A DNA stretch of 31,278 bases. Origin: Gemmatimonadales bacterium. GTDB taxonomy: Bacteria; Gemmatimonadota; Gemmatimonadetes; Gemmatimonadales; GWC2-71-9. Numbering within the stretch: position 1 is the stretch's first letter; the number at the start of each line of letters is the position of its first letter. Shown piece by piece: positions 19,742 to 28,488 of this stretch. The notes beneath the pieces are model-generated. The model saw nothing but the letters and a program-made list of their open reading frames with translations, did no database searches and was not told the DNA's origin. Made by a program: the position numbers and the translations under genes. Location of the stretch: the NCBI GenBank assembly GCA_035709185.1, contig DASTEX010000321.1:1-31278 (forward strand), written 5' to 3'.

Positions 19742-21085
19742 ATGACACGGACTCCACGAATTGCCATCGTCGGCACCGGCATGGCCGGCCTGGGGGCGGC
19801 GCACCGGCTGAAGGAAACCGGCCTCCCGGCCGTGCTGTTCGACAAGAACCCCTATCCGGGCGGACACACCGCTTCCCACGCCAGTGAGGGATTCGTCTTC
19901 GACGAGGGCCCCCACGTCTCCTTCACGAGCGACGAGCGATTCCGCGCGCTGCTGTCGCAGAGTGTCGGAGGGAACTACCTCCAGGTCGACGCACAGATCA
20001 ACAACTACTGGCAGGGCTACTGGATCCGACACCCGGCGATTACCAACCTGCACGGCTTGCCCAGCGACCTGGTGGTGCGGATCCTCCAGGACTTCATCGC
20101 CAGCCAGAATGCCCCGCAGCCGGTCATCAACAACTACCTGGACTGGCTGGTCGCCAGTTACGGCCGGACCTTCGCGGAGACCTTCCCGGCCCGTTACACC
20201 GTCAAGTACCACACGACGACGGCCGAGAACCTGAGCACGGACTGGCTGGGACCCCGGCTGTACCGCGCCTCGCTCGAGGAGGTCCTGCGGGGCGCCGTCG
20301 CGCCCGGCTCGCCCAACATCCACTACGTGCAGGATTACCGCTATCCGGCCCAGGGGGGGTTCGCGTCCTATCTGGAGCTGTTCCGGCGCCAATCGGATAT
20401 CCGCCTGAGCCACGAAGTGGTGCGGATCGACTGGCGCCGGCGGGAGCTCTCCTTCGCCAACGGGTCGGTCGTGGAGTACGATCACCTGATTTCCTCGGTA
20501 CCGCTGCCCGACCTGATCGGCATGATTCCCGGGACCCCACCGGATGTGACGGCGGCCGCCGAGCAGCTTGCATGCACCACTCTGGTGCTGGTCAATCTGG
20601 GCGTCGCCCGTTCGGACGTCTCCAGTCACAGCTGGAATTACTACTATGACGAGGAATTCCCGTTCAGCCGGGTGAGTTATCCCCGGGTCATGTCACCCAA
20701 CGTGGTGCCTGAGGGCATGAGCAGCATACAGGCCGAATTGTATTTCTCCCGCAAGTACCGACCGCTGACCGGCGCACCCGAAGCGTGGATCGATCCGGTG
20801 ATCGACGGTCTGCGCCGCTCGGGGGTTCTGCGCCAGGATGACCGGATCACGTTCCGGCAGGCCCTCCTCGTTCCCTATGCCAACATCATCTTCGATCTGG
20901 ACCGGGAAGCGTCCCTGCGGACGGTGCATGGGTACCTGGATTCGATCGGGGTGCGCTATTGCGGCCGGTATGGGGACTGGGGCTACCTCTGGACCGACGA
21001 AGCCTTCCGAAGCGGGGAAAACGCCGCGCAGGGCATCGTCGATCGGCTGGACACCCCGACCAGCCTCAGCACCACGGCGGCCTGA
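19742..21085 (+). CDS. FAD-dependent oxidoreductase (HemY/UDP-galactopyranose-mutase-like)
   Basis: IVGTGMAG Rossmann motif, PGG, FVFDEGPHV, C-terminal GRYGDWGY; ATG 19742. Confidence 0.75.
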   Translation: MTRTPRIAIVGTGMAGLGAAHRLKETGLPAVLFDKNPYPGGHTASHASEGFVFDEGPHVSFTSDERFRALLSQSVGGNYLQVDAQINNYWQGYWIRHPAITNLHGLPSDLVVRILQDFIASQNAPQPVINNYLDWLVASYGRTFAETFPARYTVKYHTTTAENLSTDWLGPRLYRASLEEVLRGAVAPGSPNIHYVQDYRYPAQGGFASYLELFRRQSDIRLSHEVVRIDWRRRELSFANGSVVEYDHLISSVPLPDLIGMIPGTPPDVTAAAEQLACTTLVLVNLGVARSDVSSHSWNYYYDEEFPFSRVSYPRVMSPNVVPEGMSSIQAELYFSRKYRPLTGAPEAWIDPVIDGLRRSGVLRQDDRITFRQALLVPYANIIFDLDREASLRTVHGYLDSIGVRYCGRYGDWGYLWTDEAFRSGENAAQGIVDRLDTPTSLSTTAA

Positions 21086-21094
21086 GGAGAAATC

Positions 21095-21967
21095 ATGCCA
21101 CGGGTCAGCATCGGGATGCCGGTGTACAACGGGGAACGCTATCTCCGCTTCTCGCTCGAATCGCTGCTGGGGCAGAGCTTCGGCGACTTCGAGCTGGTGA
21201 TTTCGGATAATGCTTCGACCGATGGAACCCAGGATATCTGCCGGGGATACGAGGCCCGGGACCGCCGGGTGCGGTACACCCGGACGGATTCCAACATCGG
21301 TGGTCCCGCCAATTTCCGCCGGGTATTCCGTCTCTGCACCGGCGAGTACCACAAGTGGTCCACGGCCGACGATTACTGGGACTTGACCACCATCGAGAAG
21401 TGTGTCGCCGTGCTCGACCGGCATCCCGACGTGGCGCTGGTCTACCCCAAGTCCCTGCTCGAGGACGCCGACGGGAACCTGCTCCAGCGCTACGACGACC
21501 ACCTCCACCTGATGGAGGACTCGGCCGTGCAGCGCTTCAAGAAGGTGGTAGAGACGGCCACGCTCTGCCACGCACACCTGGGCGTTCTGCGCCGCAGCGC
21601 CATGGAGCAGACCGCGCTGATCGGGAACGAGGTCGCTTCCGATCTCCGGTTCCTGGCCGAGATGAGCCTCTACGGGAAGTTCTACGTGGTTCCGGAATAC
21701 CTCTTCCACCGCCGCTTTCACGAGGCGTCATCCAGCTGGGACCGCCAGAGTTCCGATTGGCAGCGGCAGTACTACGATCCATCGCACCGCTCGCTCTTCG
21801 GCCTGCACACCTGGCGGCGGTACTTCAATCTCGGACTGGCCGTGGTGCGCGCCCCGCTGCCCGGGGCGGAGAAGTGGAGCCTGCTCCACTACGTGGCCCG
21901 CAAGGCTCGGTGGCAGCGCCGCAAACTGTGGGCGGAGCTCAAGTCACTGGGCCATATCCGGACCTAA
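21095..21967 (+). CDS. Glycosyltransferase family 2
   Basis: VSIGMPVYNGERYL, VISDNASTDGT, ADD; SD GAGGAG. Confidence 0.92.
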   Translation: MPRVSIGMPVYNGERYLRFSLESLLGQSFGDFELVISDNASTDGTQDICRGYEARDRRVRYTRTDSNIGGPANFRRVFRLCTGEYHKWSTADDYWDLTTIEKCVAVLDRHPDVALVYPKSLLEDADGNLLQRYDDHLHLMEDSAVQRFKKVVETATLCHAHLGVLRRSAMEQTALIGNEVASDLRFLAEMSLYGKFYVVPEYLFHRRFHEASSSWDRQSSDWQRQYYDPSHRSLFGLHTWRRYFNLGLAVVRAPLPGAEKWSLLHYVARKARWQRRKLWAELKSLGHIRT

Positions 21968-21968
21968 T

Positions 21969-22421
21969 TCAGGCGCCCTTCTCGTCCAGCAGCTGGAGCA
22001 GGTCCTCGCGCGAGGCGAGGCTCATCAGCCGGGGTGGAACGTCGGGCTCGCGCACGAACTGGGCGATCTTCCCCAGGACCGGGAGGTACTGGTTGGAGAC
22101 CTCCATCGGCGGGGCCACGATGAGGAAGAACACCCGCACCGGCTGACGGTCCATCGCGTTCATCTCGATGCCGGTCCGGTGCCGGCCGAACGCGAGCCGG
22201 AGCCGCGAGACCGCCAGGGTGCGGCAGTGCGGGATGGCCACGCCGTGGCCGAACCCGGTGGATCCCAGCAGCTCCCGGCGGATCAGCTGCCGGACCACCG
22301 TGCTCGCCGGTTTCTCGTTGAGCCGCAGCAATCCCACCAGGTGGGCAAAGACTTCATCCCGCCCGGTTCCAGCCAGCTCGAGGTCCACCGCGTCAGCTTC
22401 CAGGAAATCGCGCAGCCGCAT
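21969..22421 (-). CDS. Stand-alone PTS EIIA domain protein (PtsN/fructose-mannitol IIA family)
   Basis: RELLGSTGFGHGVAIPH (phospho-His), VRVFFLIVAP; ATG at 22421. Confidence 0.9.
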   Translation of the reverse strand: MRLRDFLEADAVDLELAGTGRDEVFAHLVGLLRLNEKPASTVVRQLIRRELLGSTGFGHGVAIPHCRTLAVSRLRLAFGRHRTGIEMNAMDRQPVRVFFLIVAPPMEVSNQYLPVLGKIAQFVREPDVPPRLMSLASREDLLQLLDEKGA

Positions 22422-22427
22422 GGCCCA

Positions 22428-22507
22428 AACGTAACCCGCGGCGCGGACTACGGTCAAAAATCGGTCAACCTTGTCGTGTTGCCGCGCCCCGTATGGCTAA
22501 CTAATTT
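22428..22507. promoter_or_regulatory. Divergent promoter pair for PTS IIA (-) and dusB (+)
   Basis: Minus: TTGACC (22457-22452) - 18 nt - TACGTT (22433-22428). Plus: TTGCCG (22479-22484) - 17 nt - TAATTT (22502-22507). Each -10 is 6 nt before its ATG. Confidence 0.6.
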
Positions 22508-22513
22508 TGGGAT

Positions 22514-23497
22514 ATGAGGTTACCCTACGCCCCCGCGCGGAGCACGCCGCTCATCCTGGCCCCCATGGCCGGGGTGTCGGAAGCGCCCTTCCGGCAGATC
22601 TGCCGTCGGATGGGAGCGGACATCCTCATGACCGAGTTCCTGGCGGCCGAAGCCATCCGCCGCGGCATCCGGAAGACGCTGGAAGGGTGCGAATTCGAAG
22701 AAATCGAGCGCCCGATCGGTATCCAGATTTACGGGGCCGCCCCCGAGGCGATGGGGCGCGCTGCCGCGATCGTGAGCGAGGCGTATCAGCCCGAGTTCAT
22801 CGACATCAACTTCGGGTGCCCGGTAAAGAAGGTGGTGCAGCGCAACGGCGGTTCGGGCTGCCTCCGCGATCTGGATCTGGTCGAGCGGATCATCCGGGCG
22901 GTCGTAAGCGCCACGCCGGTGCCGGTAACGGTGAAGACCCGGAGCGGGTGGAGCGAGGAGTCCCGCGATCCGGTGGGCATCGCGCGGCGCATGCAGGACG
23001 CGGGGGCCCGCGCGTTCACCCTGCACGCCCGGACCCGCACCCAGATGTTCTCGGGCAAGGCCAGCTGGGACGAGATCGCGCGGGTGGTGGAGGCGCTCGA
23101 CATTCCGGTGATCGGCAACGGCGACATCCAGACGGCGGAAGACGCGGTCCGCATGCGGGATCATACCGGCTGCGCCGCGATCATGATTGGCCGCGGGTCG
23201 TTCGGCAATCCGTGGCTGTTCCGGGACGCGCGGGCGCTGCTCGACGGCGCCGTCCGGGCGGCGCCCCCCACGCCGGCCGAACGGTTCGTGCTGGCGCTGG
23301 AACATGCCCAGCTGGCGCTCCGCCTCCAGGGTGATTCGCGCTCGACCGTGATCGAGTTCCGCAAACACCTGGGGTGGTACACCCGGGGACTGCCCGGAGC
23401 ATCGGCCCTGCGCGAGCGGCTCTTCCAGGTCGATACCATGGCCGAGGCGGCCGGGATCTTTCATCAGTATCTGGAGCCGGTCGCCAGCGCCGCGTGA
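22514..23497 (+). CDS. dusB: tRNA-dihydrouridine synthase (DusB-like)
   Basis: LAPMAGVS, IDINFGCP, GGSGCL, VTVKTRSGW, LHARTR, IGNGDI, MIGRG. Confidence 0.93.
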   Translation: MRLPYAPARSTPLILAPMAGVSEAPFRQICRRMGADILMTEFLAAEAIRRGIRKTLEGCEFEEIERPIGIQIYGAAPEAMGRAAAIVSEAYQPEFIDINFGCPVKKVVQRNGGSGCLRDLDLVERIIRAVVSATPVPVTVKTRSGWSEESRDPVGIARRMQDAGARAFTLHARTRTQMFSGKASWDEIARVVEALDIPVIGNGDIQTAEDAVRMRDHTGCAAIMIGRGSFGNPWLFRDARALLDGAVRAAPPTPAERFVLALEHAQLALRLQGDSRSTVIEFRKHLGWYTRGLPGASALRERLFQVDTMAEAAGIFHQYLEPVASAA

Positions 23498-24252
23498 ACC
23501 GGACTGCACTGGAGGTCCTGCTGGCCGACGTGGCGGCCGGGCGAATCAGCCCGGGTGACGCGCTCGCCCGGCTGCGTCATTTCCCCGACGAAGACCTCGG
23601 TTTCGCGACCCTGGACCATCAGCGCACCATCCGGCAGGGTCAGCCCGAGGTCGTGTTCTGTGAAGGAAAATCGGTGGACCAGGTGGTGCGGATCTGCGAC
23701 CGGCTGATGGCGGCCTCGGGCGGGTTTCTCGCCACCCGGGCGGGCCCGGCGCAGGCCGAAGCGGTGCTGGACCGAATCCCCGACGCCCGCTGGGACCCGT
23801 TAGGCAGGACCCTCTGGCGGCCGGTCGACCCCTCCGCGGCGCCAGGAGGTTCGCTGGTCCTGGTCGTGACCGCGGGCACTGGTGATCTCCCGGTCGCGGC
23901 CGAGGCCGCGGTCACAGCCGGCGCCTGGGGAGCCCGGGTGGAGCAGCTGAACGACGTCGGCGTGGCAGGACTGCACCGCCTGTTGACCCGGAACGCCCTG
24001 CTGCGCACGGCCGGCGCCATCATCGTCGTCGCCGGCATGGAGGGGGCGCTGCCGAGCGTCGTCGGAGGACTGGTGGATGTGCCGGTGATCGCGGTGCCCA
24101 CCAGCGTGGGATACGGAGCCTCGTTCGGCGGCCTGGCCGCGCTCCTCGGGATGCTGAACTCGTGCGCGGCCGGGGTGACTGTGGTCAACATCGACAACGG
24201 GTTCGGAGCCGGCGTGGCGGCCGCACGCATAACGACCCGGGAGGGCACGTGA
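23494..24252 (+). CDS. larB: Nickel-pincer cofactor biosynthesis protein LarB (AIR carboxylase/PurE-like)
   Basis: [64 protein letters not shown]; GTG 23494 overlaps the dusB stop. Confidence 0.9.
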   Translation: MNRTALEVLLADVAAGRISPGDALARLRHFPDEDLGFATLDHQRTIRQGQPEVVFCEGKSVDQVVRICDRLMAASGGFLATRAGPAQAEAVLDRIPDARWDPLGRTLWRPVDPSAAPGGSLVLVVTAGTGDLPVAAEAAVTAGAWGARVEQLNDVGVAGLHRLLTRNALLRTAGAIIVVAGMEGALPSVVGGLVDVPVIAVPTSVGYGASFGGLAALLGMLNSCAAGVTVVNIDNGFGAGVAAARITTREGT

Positions 24253-25196
24253 TCCGGACTATCCTCACCGCCGAACGTCACGGCGTCACCTGGATCGACG
24301 TCACCGCCCCCACTCCCGAAGAACTGCACCAGATCGCGCATCGCCACGGCCTCCACCCTACGGTGGTGGAGGACTGCCTGGACCCGGCCCATCTGCCCAA
24401 GTACGAGAAGCAGGAAGAGGCCACCTTCATCATTCTGCGGGTATGGGGCGAGCGCCCGGAACGCACCGGTGAGGCGGTCCAGGACGTCAGCCGGAAGATC
24501 GCGCTGTTCACCCGGGGCGACCTGCTGCTCACGATTCACCGGGCCGACCTCGCCCTCATCCAGCGGGTGGAGAAGGAGTGGACCCTCCGGAAGTACGATG
24601 GCGGCGAGCGCGCCATGGTGCCGGCCATCTTCGCGGACATCGCGACCGAGGCCTTCAGCTCCTACGATCAGCCGCTGGACGATGCGGAAGAGACGCTGAT
24701 GGCCTTCGAACGCGCGTTGTTCGATCCCAAGTCCCGGCCGCCGGCCCTGTTCGCCATTCACCAGCTCAAGGGGAGGCTGGGACTGATCCGGCGGATGCTC
24801 TGGCTCACCTCCGGCGTCATCCTGAAATCGGGTGGAGGCCAGGAGCGCACCACCCCGCTGCACCAGGACCTGCGCGAGACCGCCGACAGCTATCTCTTCT
24901 ACACCGATCAGCTGCTGGACCAGACCCATGACCTGCTCACGATCCACCTGGCCGTCGCGTCCCACCGGACCAACGAAGTGATGCGCGTGCTCACGGTGTT
25001 TTCCGCGTTCTTCCTGCCACTGACGTTCATCGTCGGGCTCTACGGCATGAACTTCGTGCACATGCCGGAGCTGGGCTGGCGGCTGGGCTATCCCATGGTT
25101 CTGGCCGTGATGCTCGCGGTCAGCCTGGCCATCTTCACCTGGTTCCGCCGGCGCGGCTGGCTCCGCCGGGTGGGTGGGGAGGAAGAGACGTTGTGA
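24249..25196 (+). CDS. corA: CorA family Mg2+/Co2+ transporter
   Basis: [24 protein letters not shown] (GMN motif), MPEL; GTG 24249. Confidence 0.92.
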   Translation: MIRTILTAERHGVTWIDVTAPTPEELHQIAHRHGLHPTVVEDCLDPAHLPKYEKQEEATFIILRVWGERPERTGEAVQDVSRKIALFTRGDLLLTIHRADLALIQRVEKEWTLRKYDGGERAMVPAIFADIATEAFSSYDQPLDDAEETLMAFERALFDPKSRPPALFAIHQLKGRLGLIRRMLWLTSGVILKSGGGQERTTPLHQDLRETADSYLFYTDQLLDQTHDLLTIHLAVASHRTNEVMRVLTVFSAFFLPLTFIVGLYGMNFVHMPELGWRLGYPMVLAVMLAVSLAIFTWFRRRGWLRRVGGEEETL

Positions 25197-26602
25197 CGCT
25201 CGACTGGATCCTGGCCCTGCTGGGTGTGGCCTTCGGAGCGGTGCTCGGCTGGGTCGCGGCCCGGACCGTGGGCCCCAGGCTGCTGTCCTCGGCCCCAGCC
25301 ACCGCGCGTCCCCAGTCCCGTCCCGCAGTGATGAGCGATCCACCGGAGCTGGCCTGGATTGCCCGGGCGAATGCGGCCGCCGGCGTCTGGCTCCGGCGGG
25401 GGGTCCGGAGCAACGTCGTCTCGGTGACCCTGGGGGCCGTACCCGGCAGTCTGCAGCAGGCGATCGCAGCCCGGCTGGCCACCCTGGCTTCGGCCGGAGG
25501 GCGGACCGAGGTGGAACGGCTCGAGGACGGTGTCACGGTGTACGTCGCGTCCGAGGATGTGCAGCTCGCGATGCTGCTGGCACCGAAGCAGCCGTTCGCC
25601 CAGGCCCAGCGGGACCTCGAGGGGCTGCTGGGCGTGCTGCGGACCCGGGAGCTGCTGGAGATCGCCTCCCAGAAGCCGGCCGGGTCCGGCGAGACGATCA
25701 ACAGCGTGGCGATCCGGCTGGCCATGGAAATCGAGCGGTTCCTCGATGCCGAGGCGGCCGTGGTGGTCCGCCAGCCCCGCGGTCCTCAGGTCATCGGCAC
25801 ATCGGTGCGGGCCGATCCCCACCTTCACCGGGTGGTGGCGCTGCCCGGGTCGGCCGTCGACGAGGCGGTGCGGGGTGAGGGGGACGGAATGGTGATGGCC
25901 TATGACCCGTTAGGCGTTCTCCCGCCGGACCGGCGCCACCGGGAGCGGCGAGCCTTCATCCTCCCGCTGGTGAACGCCGGCACCAAGCTGGGCGCCGTGG
26001 TGCTCTGGCCCCCCAGCGGCGTCGAGCCCACCGGGCCGATCAAGGCGGAGCTGGATCGGATGATCCAGCGGGCCGCGCCCCGGCTGGAAGACGCCATCCA
26101 GCGCATGGAGCTGCAGGAACGGGCCATTCGCGATCCGCTCACCGGGCTGCGCAACCGGCGGGGGATGACCGAGGCCATGGGGGCCATCGAAGCCCAGCGG
26201 GGGGCGGTGGTGGTCTTCGACCTCGACCACTTCAAGGCTCTCAACGACAATCTGGGTCACCCCGCGGGCGACTCGGCGCTGCAGACGGTGGCGGGGATCC
26301 TGGAGGAAATCGTGCGGGACGGCGATACGGCCGCCCGGGTGGGCGGCGAGGAATTCGCCGTCTGGATCCGGGACGCAACCATGGAGGACGGTATGGCGGT
26401 GGCCGAACGGATCCGGTCGCGGATCGAGCACGTGAACTGGCAGTGGCAGGGGCGACGCTGGCCCATGACCGCCAGCTTTGGGGTGGCGTCGTGGCCCGAG
26501 ACCACCCGTCACCGGGACAACCTGCTGGCCCAGGCGGACGCGGCCCTCTACCGGGCGAAGGAGAAGGGGAGGAATCGGGTGGAGAGAGCAAGTAAGGACT
26601 AA
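25193..26602 (+). CDS. Membrane-anchored diguanylate cyclase (GGDEF)
   Basis: N-terminal TM helix; [26 protein letters not shown], RxxD I-site (RDGD) and GGEEF. Confidence 0.92.
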   Translation: MTLDWILALLGVAFGAVLGWVAARTVGPRLLSSAPATARPQSRPAVMSDPPELAWIARANAAAGVWLRRGVRSNVVSVTLGAVPGSLQQAIAARLATLASAGGRTEVERLEDGVTVYVASEDVQLAMLLAPKQPFAQAQRDLEGLLGVLRTRELLEIASQKPAGSGETINSVAIRLAMEIERFLDAEAAVVVRQPRGPQVIGTSVRADPHLHRVVALPGSAVDEAVRGEGDGMVMAYDPLGVLPPDRRHRERRAFILPLVNAGTKLGAVVLWPPSGVEPTGPIKAELDRMIQRAAPRLEDAIQRMELQERAIRDPLTGLRNRRGMTEAMGAIEAQRGAVVVFDLDHFKALNDNLGHPAGDSALQTVAGILEEIVRDGDTAARVGGEEFAVWIRDATMEDGMAVAERIRSRIEHVNWQWQGRRWPMTASFGVASWPETTRHRDNLLAQADAALYRAKEKGRNRVERASKD

Positions 26603-26629
26603 GGACTAAGGACTTAGGACTTAGCTCTT
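26595..26629 (+). repeat. Element G left arm: (AGGACTW)x4 plus one degenerate unit
   Basis: aggacta aggacta aggactt aggactt agctctt; contains the DGC stop (26600-26602) and the four-helix-gene stop (26623-26621). Confidence 0.92.
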
Positions 26630-27005
26630 CCCCTTGAGGTCTGTTCTCGGATCGACGCTTCGGCGCAGCCCAGCCACAACCCGTGAGGTCTCGCAGCAAA
26701 GCTCAACCAGTTCGCGGTAGGTTCGCTGGTCAACGAGGCCGGCATCGAAGCTGTGGTGCACCAGGCTCCTCACCTCGGCGAGAGAGCCTTTGGCAATGGA
26801 CAGGAACTGGTGGAACTCCCGCCTTCCGCCCCGCTCGAACCCCTCGGCAATATTGGACATCACTGAAAAGCCGGCTGAGTAGCTGGGCCTTCAGTTTGAA
26901 GTGGGGCCGAAACGGCTGGGTTGATGTAACCCTGGCCACGGCGCTCGCGAGCCACCGAGCCTTCTGCCAGGCAATCAGATCTTCGAAGACGCGGACAGGA
27001 GCCAC
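26621..27005 (-). pseudogene. Four-helix-bundle protein (23S rRNA intervening-sequence protein family, PF05635/TIGR02436-like), frameshifted near 26873
   Basis: Frame 1 from GTG 27005: FEDLIAWQKAR...KAQLLS. The +1 frame continues GFSVMSNIAEGFERGGRREFHQFLSIAKGSLAEVRS. These are the family hallmarks F+DL.AWQKA and SNIAEGF. Family assignment is by motif recognition. Confidence 0.88.
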
Positions 27006-27092
27006 CGCTCAAATACTGCGAGAAAGTGCCGAGCCGCGGTAACCGGAAAGCCGCCTCCGGCACCAATTAAGCCCCTGGCTCTCGAGCCACCC

Positions 27093-27113
27093 AAGTCCTA
27101 AGTCCTAAGTCCT
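27093..27113 (-). repeat. Element G right arm: (AAGTCCT)x3, reverse complement of the left arm
   Basis: aagtcct aagtcct aagtcct followed by degenerate tgtcttg. Confidence 0.92.
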
Positions 27114-27142
27114 TGTCTTGGAATGCGGTAGGAGTTTAGATT
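27113..27142 (+). promoter_or_regulatory. Putative sigma70 promoter of ssrA
   Basis: TTGTCT (27113-27118) - 18 nt - TAGATT (27137-27142). Confidence 0.5.
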
Positions 27143-27159
27143 TTACGTCACTTAGGAAG

Positions 27160-27519
27160 GGGGGCGACCGGTTTCGACGGGTCAGAGGAGCTTGTGGTTG
27201 CGCGTCCAGGTCCAGGTTCCTGGTTAAACCGCTTGGAAACACACAACTGCCAACACCAACTTGGCACTGGCTGCGTAAGCTGAGCTTAGCTCGCTGAAGC
27301 ACCACCGGTGAACGAAGCCCGCCTGGGGCGTCGCCGCCGGGTCGAAAATCCGGGCTGGTCCGACGCGATCTTCCGGCGCGAAGGACGAGATCTCAGGAAG
27401 TCGGTGGTGGGAAGTCTGGCCGGTCGACGGCCCACTGCTCAGGCAAGAAGATCGGCCTACGCGCGTAGATACTGCGAGGGATGCTGATTCGGACCAGGGT
27501 TCGATTCCCTGCGCCTCCA
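27160..27519 (+). ncRNA. ssrA: tmRNA, tag peptide (A)ANTNLALAA
   Basis: 5' GGGGGCG pairs with 3' CGCCTCC-A (G3.U wobble); D-loop-like GTTTCGAC; T-arm CAGGGTTCGATTCCCTG; tag ORF 27249-27278 gcc aac acc aac ttg gca ctg gct gcg taa. Confidence 0.97.
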
Positions 27520-27524
27520 TCAGG

Positions 27525-27560
27525 AATACAAAGGGCCCGGCAACCGGGCCCTTTGTATTT
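27525..27560. terminator. Bidirectional intrinsic terminator after ssrA
   Basis: AATACAAAGGGCCCGG-CAA-CCGGGCCCTTTGTATT, a perfect 16-bp stem with T-rich tails on both strands. Confidence 0.9.
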
Positions 27561-27680
27561 CCCATCTGGTCCGGACCTGGCCCTGCATATGCGACGACGG
27601 AAGCGGAAGTGCTCTACCCGGCGGCGATCCTGGTCGGGGATTTTATCCGGGCCCGGCGGTCGGCCAGATAAGTCGGCTCC

Positions 27681-28244
27681 TTACTTCGACTCCTCCAGCG
27701 GAAGCGACACGCGAGTGTGCTCCCACTCGAGAATCAGTTTGCCCCAGCCGCCCTTGGCTTCCGAGCGAATGGTGAACTGCTCGATGTGCTCCTCCAGCTT
27801 CCAGGCCTTGACCTTCCCCCGGCCGACTTCCTGCTTCTTGATCGCCTCGTTGTAGGAACCTTCATCGCCCCACTGTTCCACCGAGCGGTTGATCACGATC
27901 TCCCATTCGGTGGGTCCCGGTATGGTGTAGAGCGAATACACGCCCTGGTCCAGCTCTACCCCGGCGATGACGACCGGGCCACTGGCGTGGATCATGGTGG
28001 GCTCGTTGGCGCCGGTCCGCCACAGCTTGCCGAAGGGGACATTGTGACCGCCGAGCATGGTGCGCCCGCGCGAGGAGGGCCGGCCATAACAGATCTTCAC
28101 CCGCGTGCTGCCGACCGTGAACGCCACCGAATCGAGCGGACTCGCCCGCTTGGCCAGCGAAGCCTGGCTGGCGCTGGTGATGCAGGCGGGGTCCTGGCGC
28201 GCGGGCAGGCCCAGCAACACGGCGGTAAACAGTTCCAGAATCAT
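27681..28244 (-). CDS. DUF2911 domain protein (probably exported)
   Basis: ASPLDSV, ICYGRPSSRGR, VPFGKLWRTGANEPT, YSLYTIPG, LEWEHTRV; hydrophobic N-terminus. Confidence 0.85.
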   Translation of the reverse strand: MILELFTAVLLGLPARQDPACITSASQASLAKRASPLDSVAFTVGSTRVKICYGRPSSRGRTMLGGHNVPFGKLWRTGANEPTMIHASGPVVIAGVELDQGVYSLYTIPGPTEWEIVINRSVEQWGDEGSYNEAIKKQEVGRGKVKAWKLEEHIEQFTIRSEAKGGWGKLILEWEHTRVSLPLEESK

Positions 28245-28278
28245 AAGAGTTTCTTACTCCGATGCAGAACGAAACAAT

Positions 28279-28452
28279 CCTGCCGATCGTTCCAAGTCCA
28301 CTGTTCCAGGTTCCGGGTTCCGTTCATCGTGCCTCGTTCGTGGTGTCCGACGATAGTGTGCATACGCCTTGTGAAAGGCCGGGGCACGCGGCACCAAGCA
28401 CCCGGAACCGCACGCGGAAACCCGGCACTCGGAACCCGGAACGATCGGCAGG
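28279..28452. repeat. Element D: inverted heptamer tandem arrays with 44-nt spacer and perfect 15-bp terminal inverted repeat
   Basis: Left: atcgttc caagtcc actgttc caggttc cgggttc cgttc atcgtgc ctcgttc. Right: gcacgcg gcaccaa gcacccg gaacc gcacgcg gaaacccg gcactcg gaacccg gaacgat. Termini cctgccgatcgttcc (28279-28293) / ggaacgatcggcagg (28438-28452). Confidence 0.9.
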
Positions 28453-28488
28453 CACGAGGTGAACTACGAAATCAGCGGGCTCGGGGTG

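Noticed and set aside
26621-27005. Diversity-generating retroelement
   Set aside because: The protein is only bAvd-related; no reverse transcriptase or TR/VR pair differing at adenines is seen in the window.
26580-27130. Classical IS/MITE with target-site duplication for element G (and A-E)
   Set aside because: No flanking direct repeats found by eye and no transposase; terminal sequences are not shared between families.
27224-27855. ORFs 27224..27565 (-) and 27481..27855 (+)
   Set aside because: They overlap tmRNA, its terminator and the DUF2911 gene; no coding signature.
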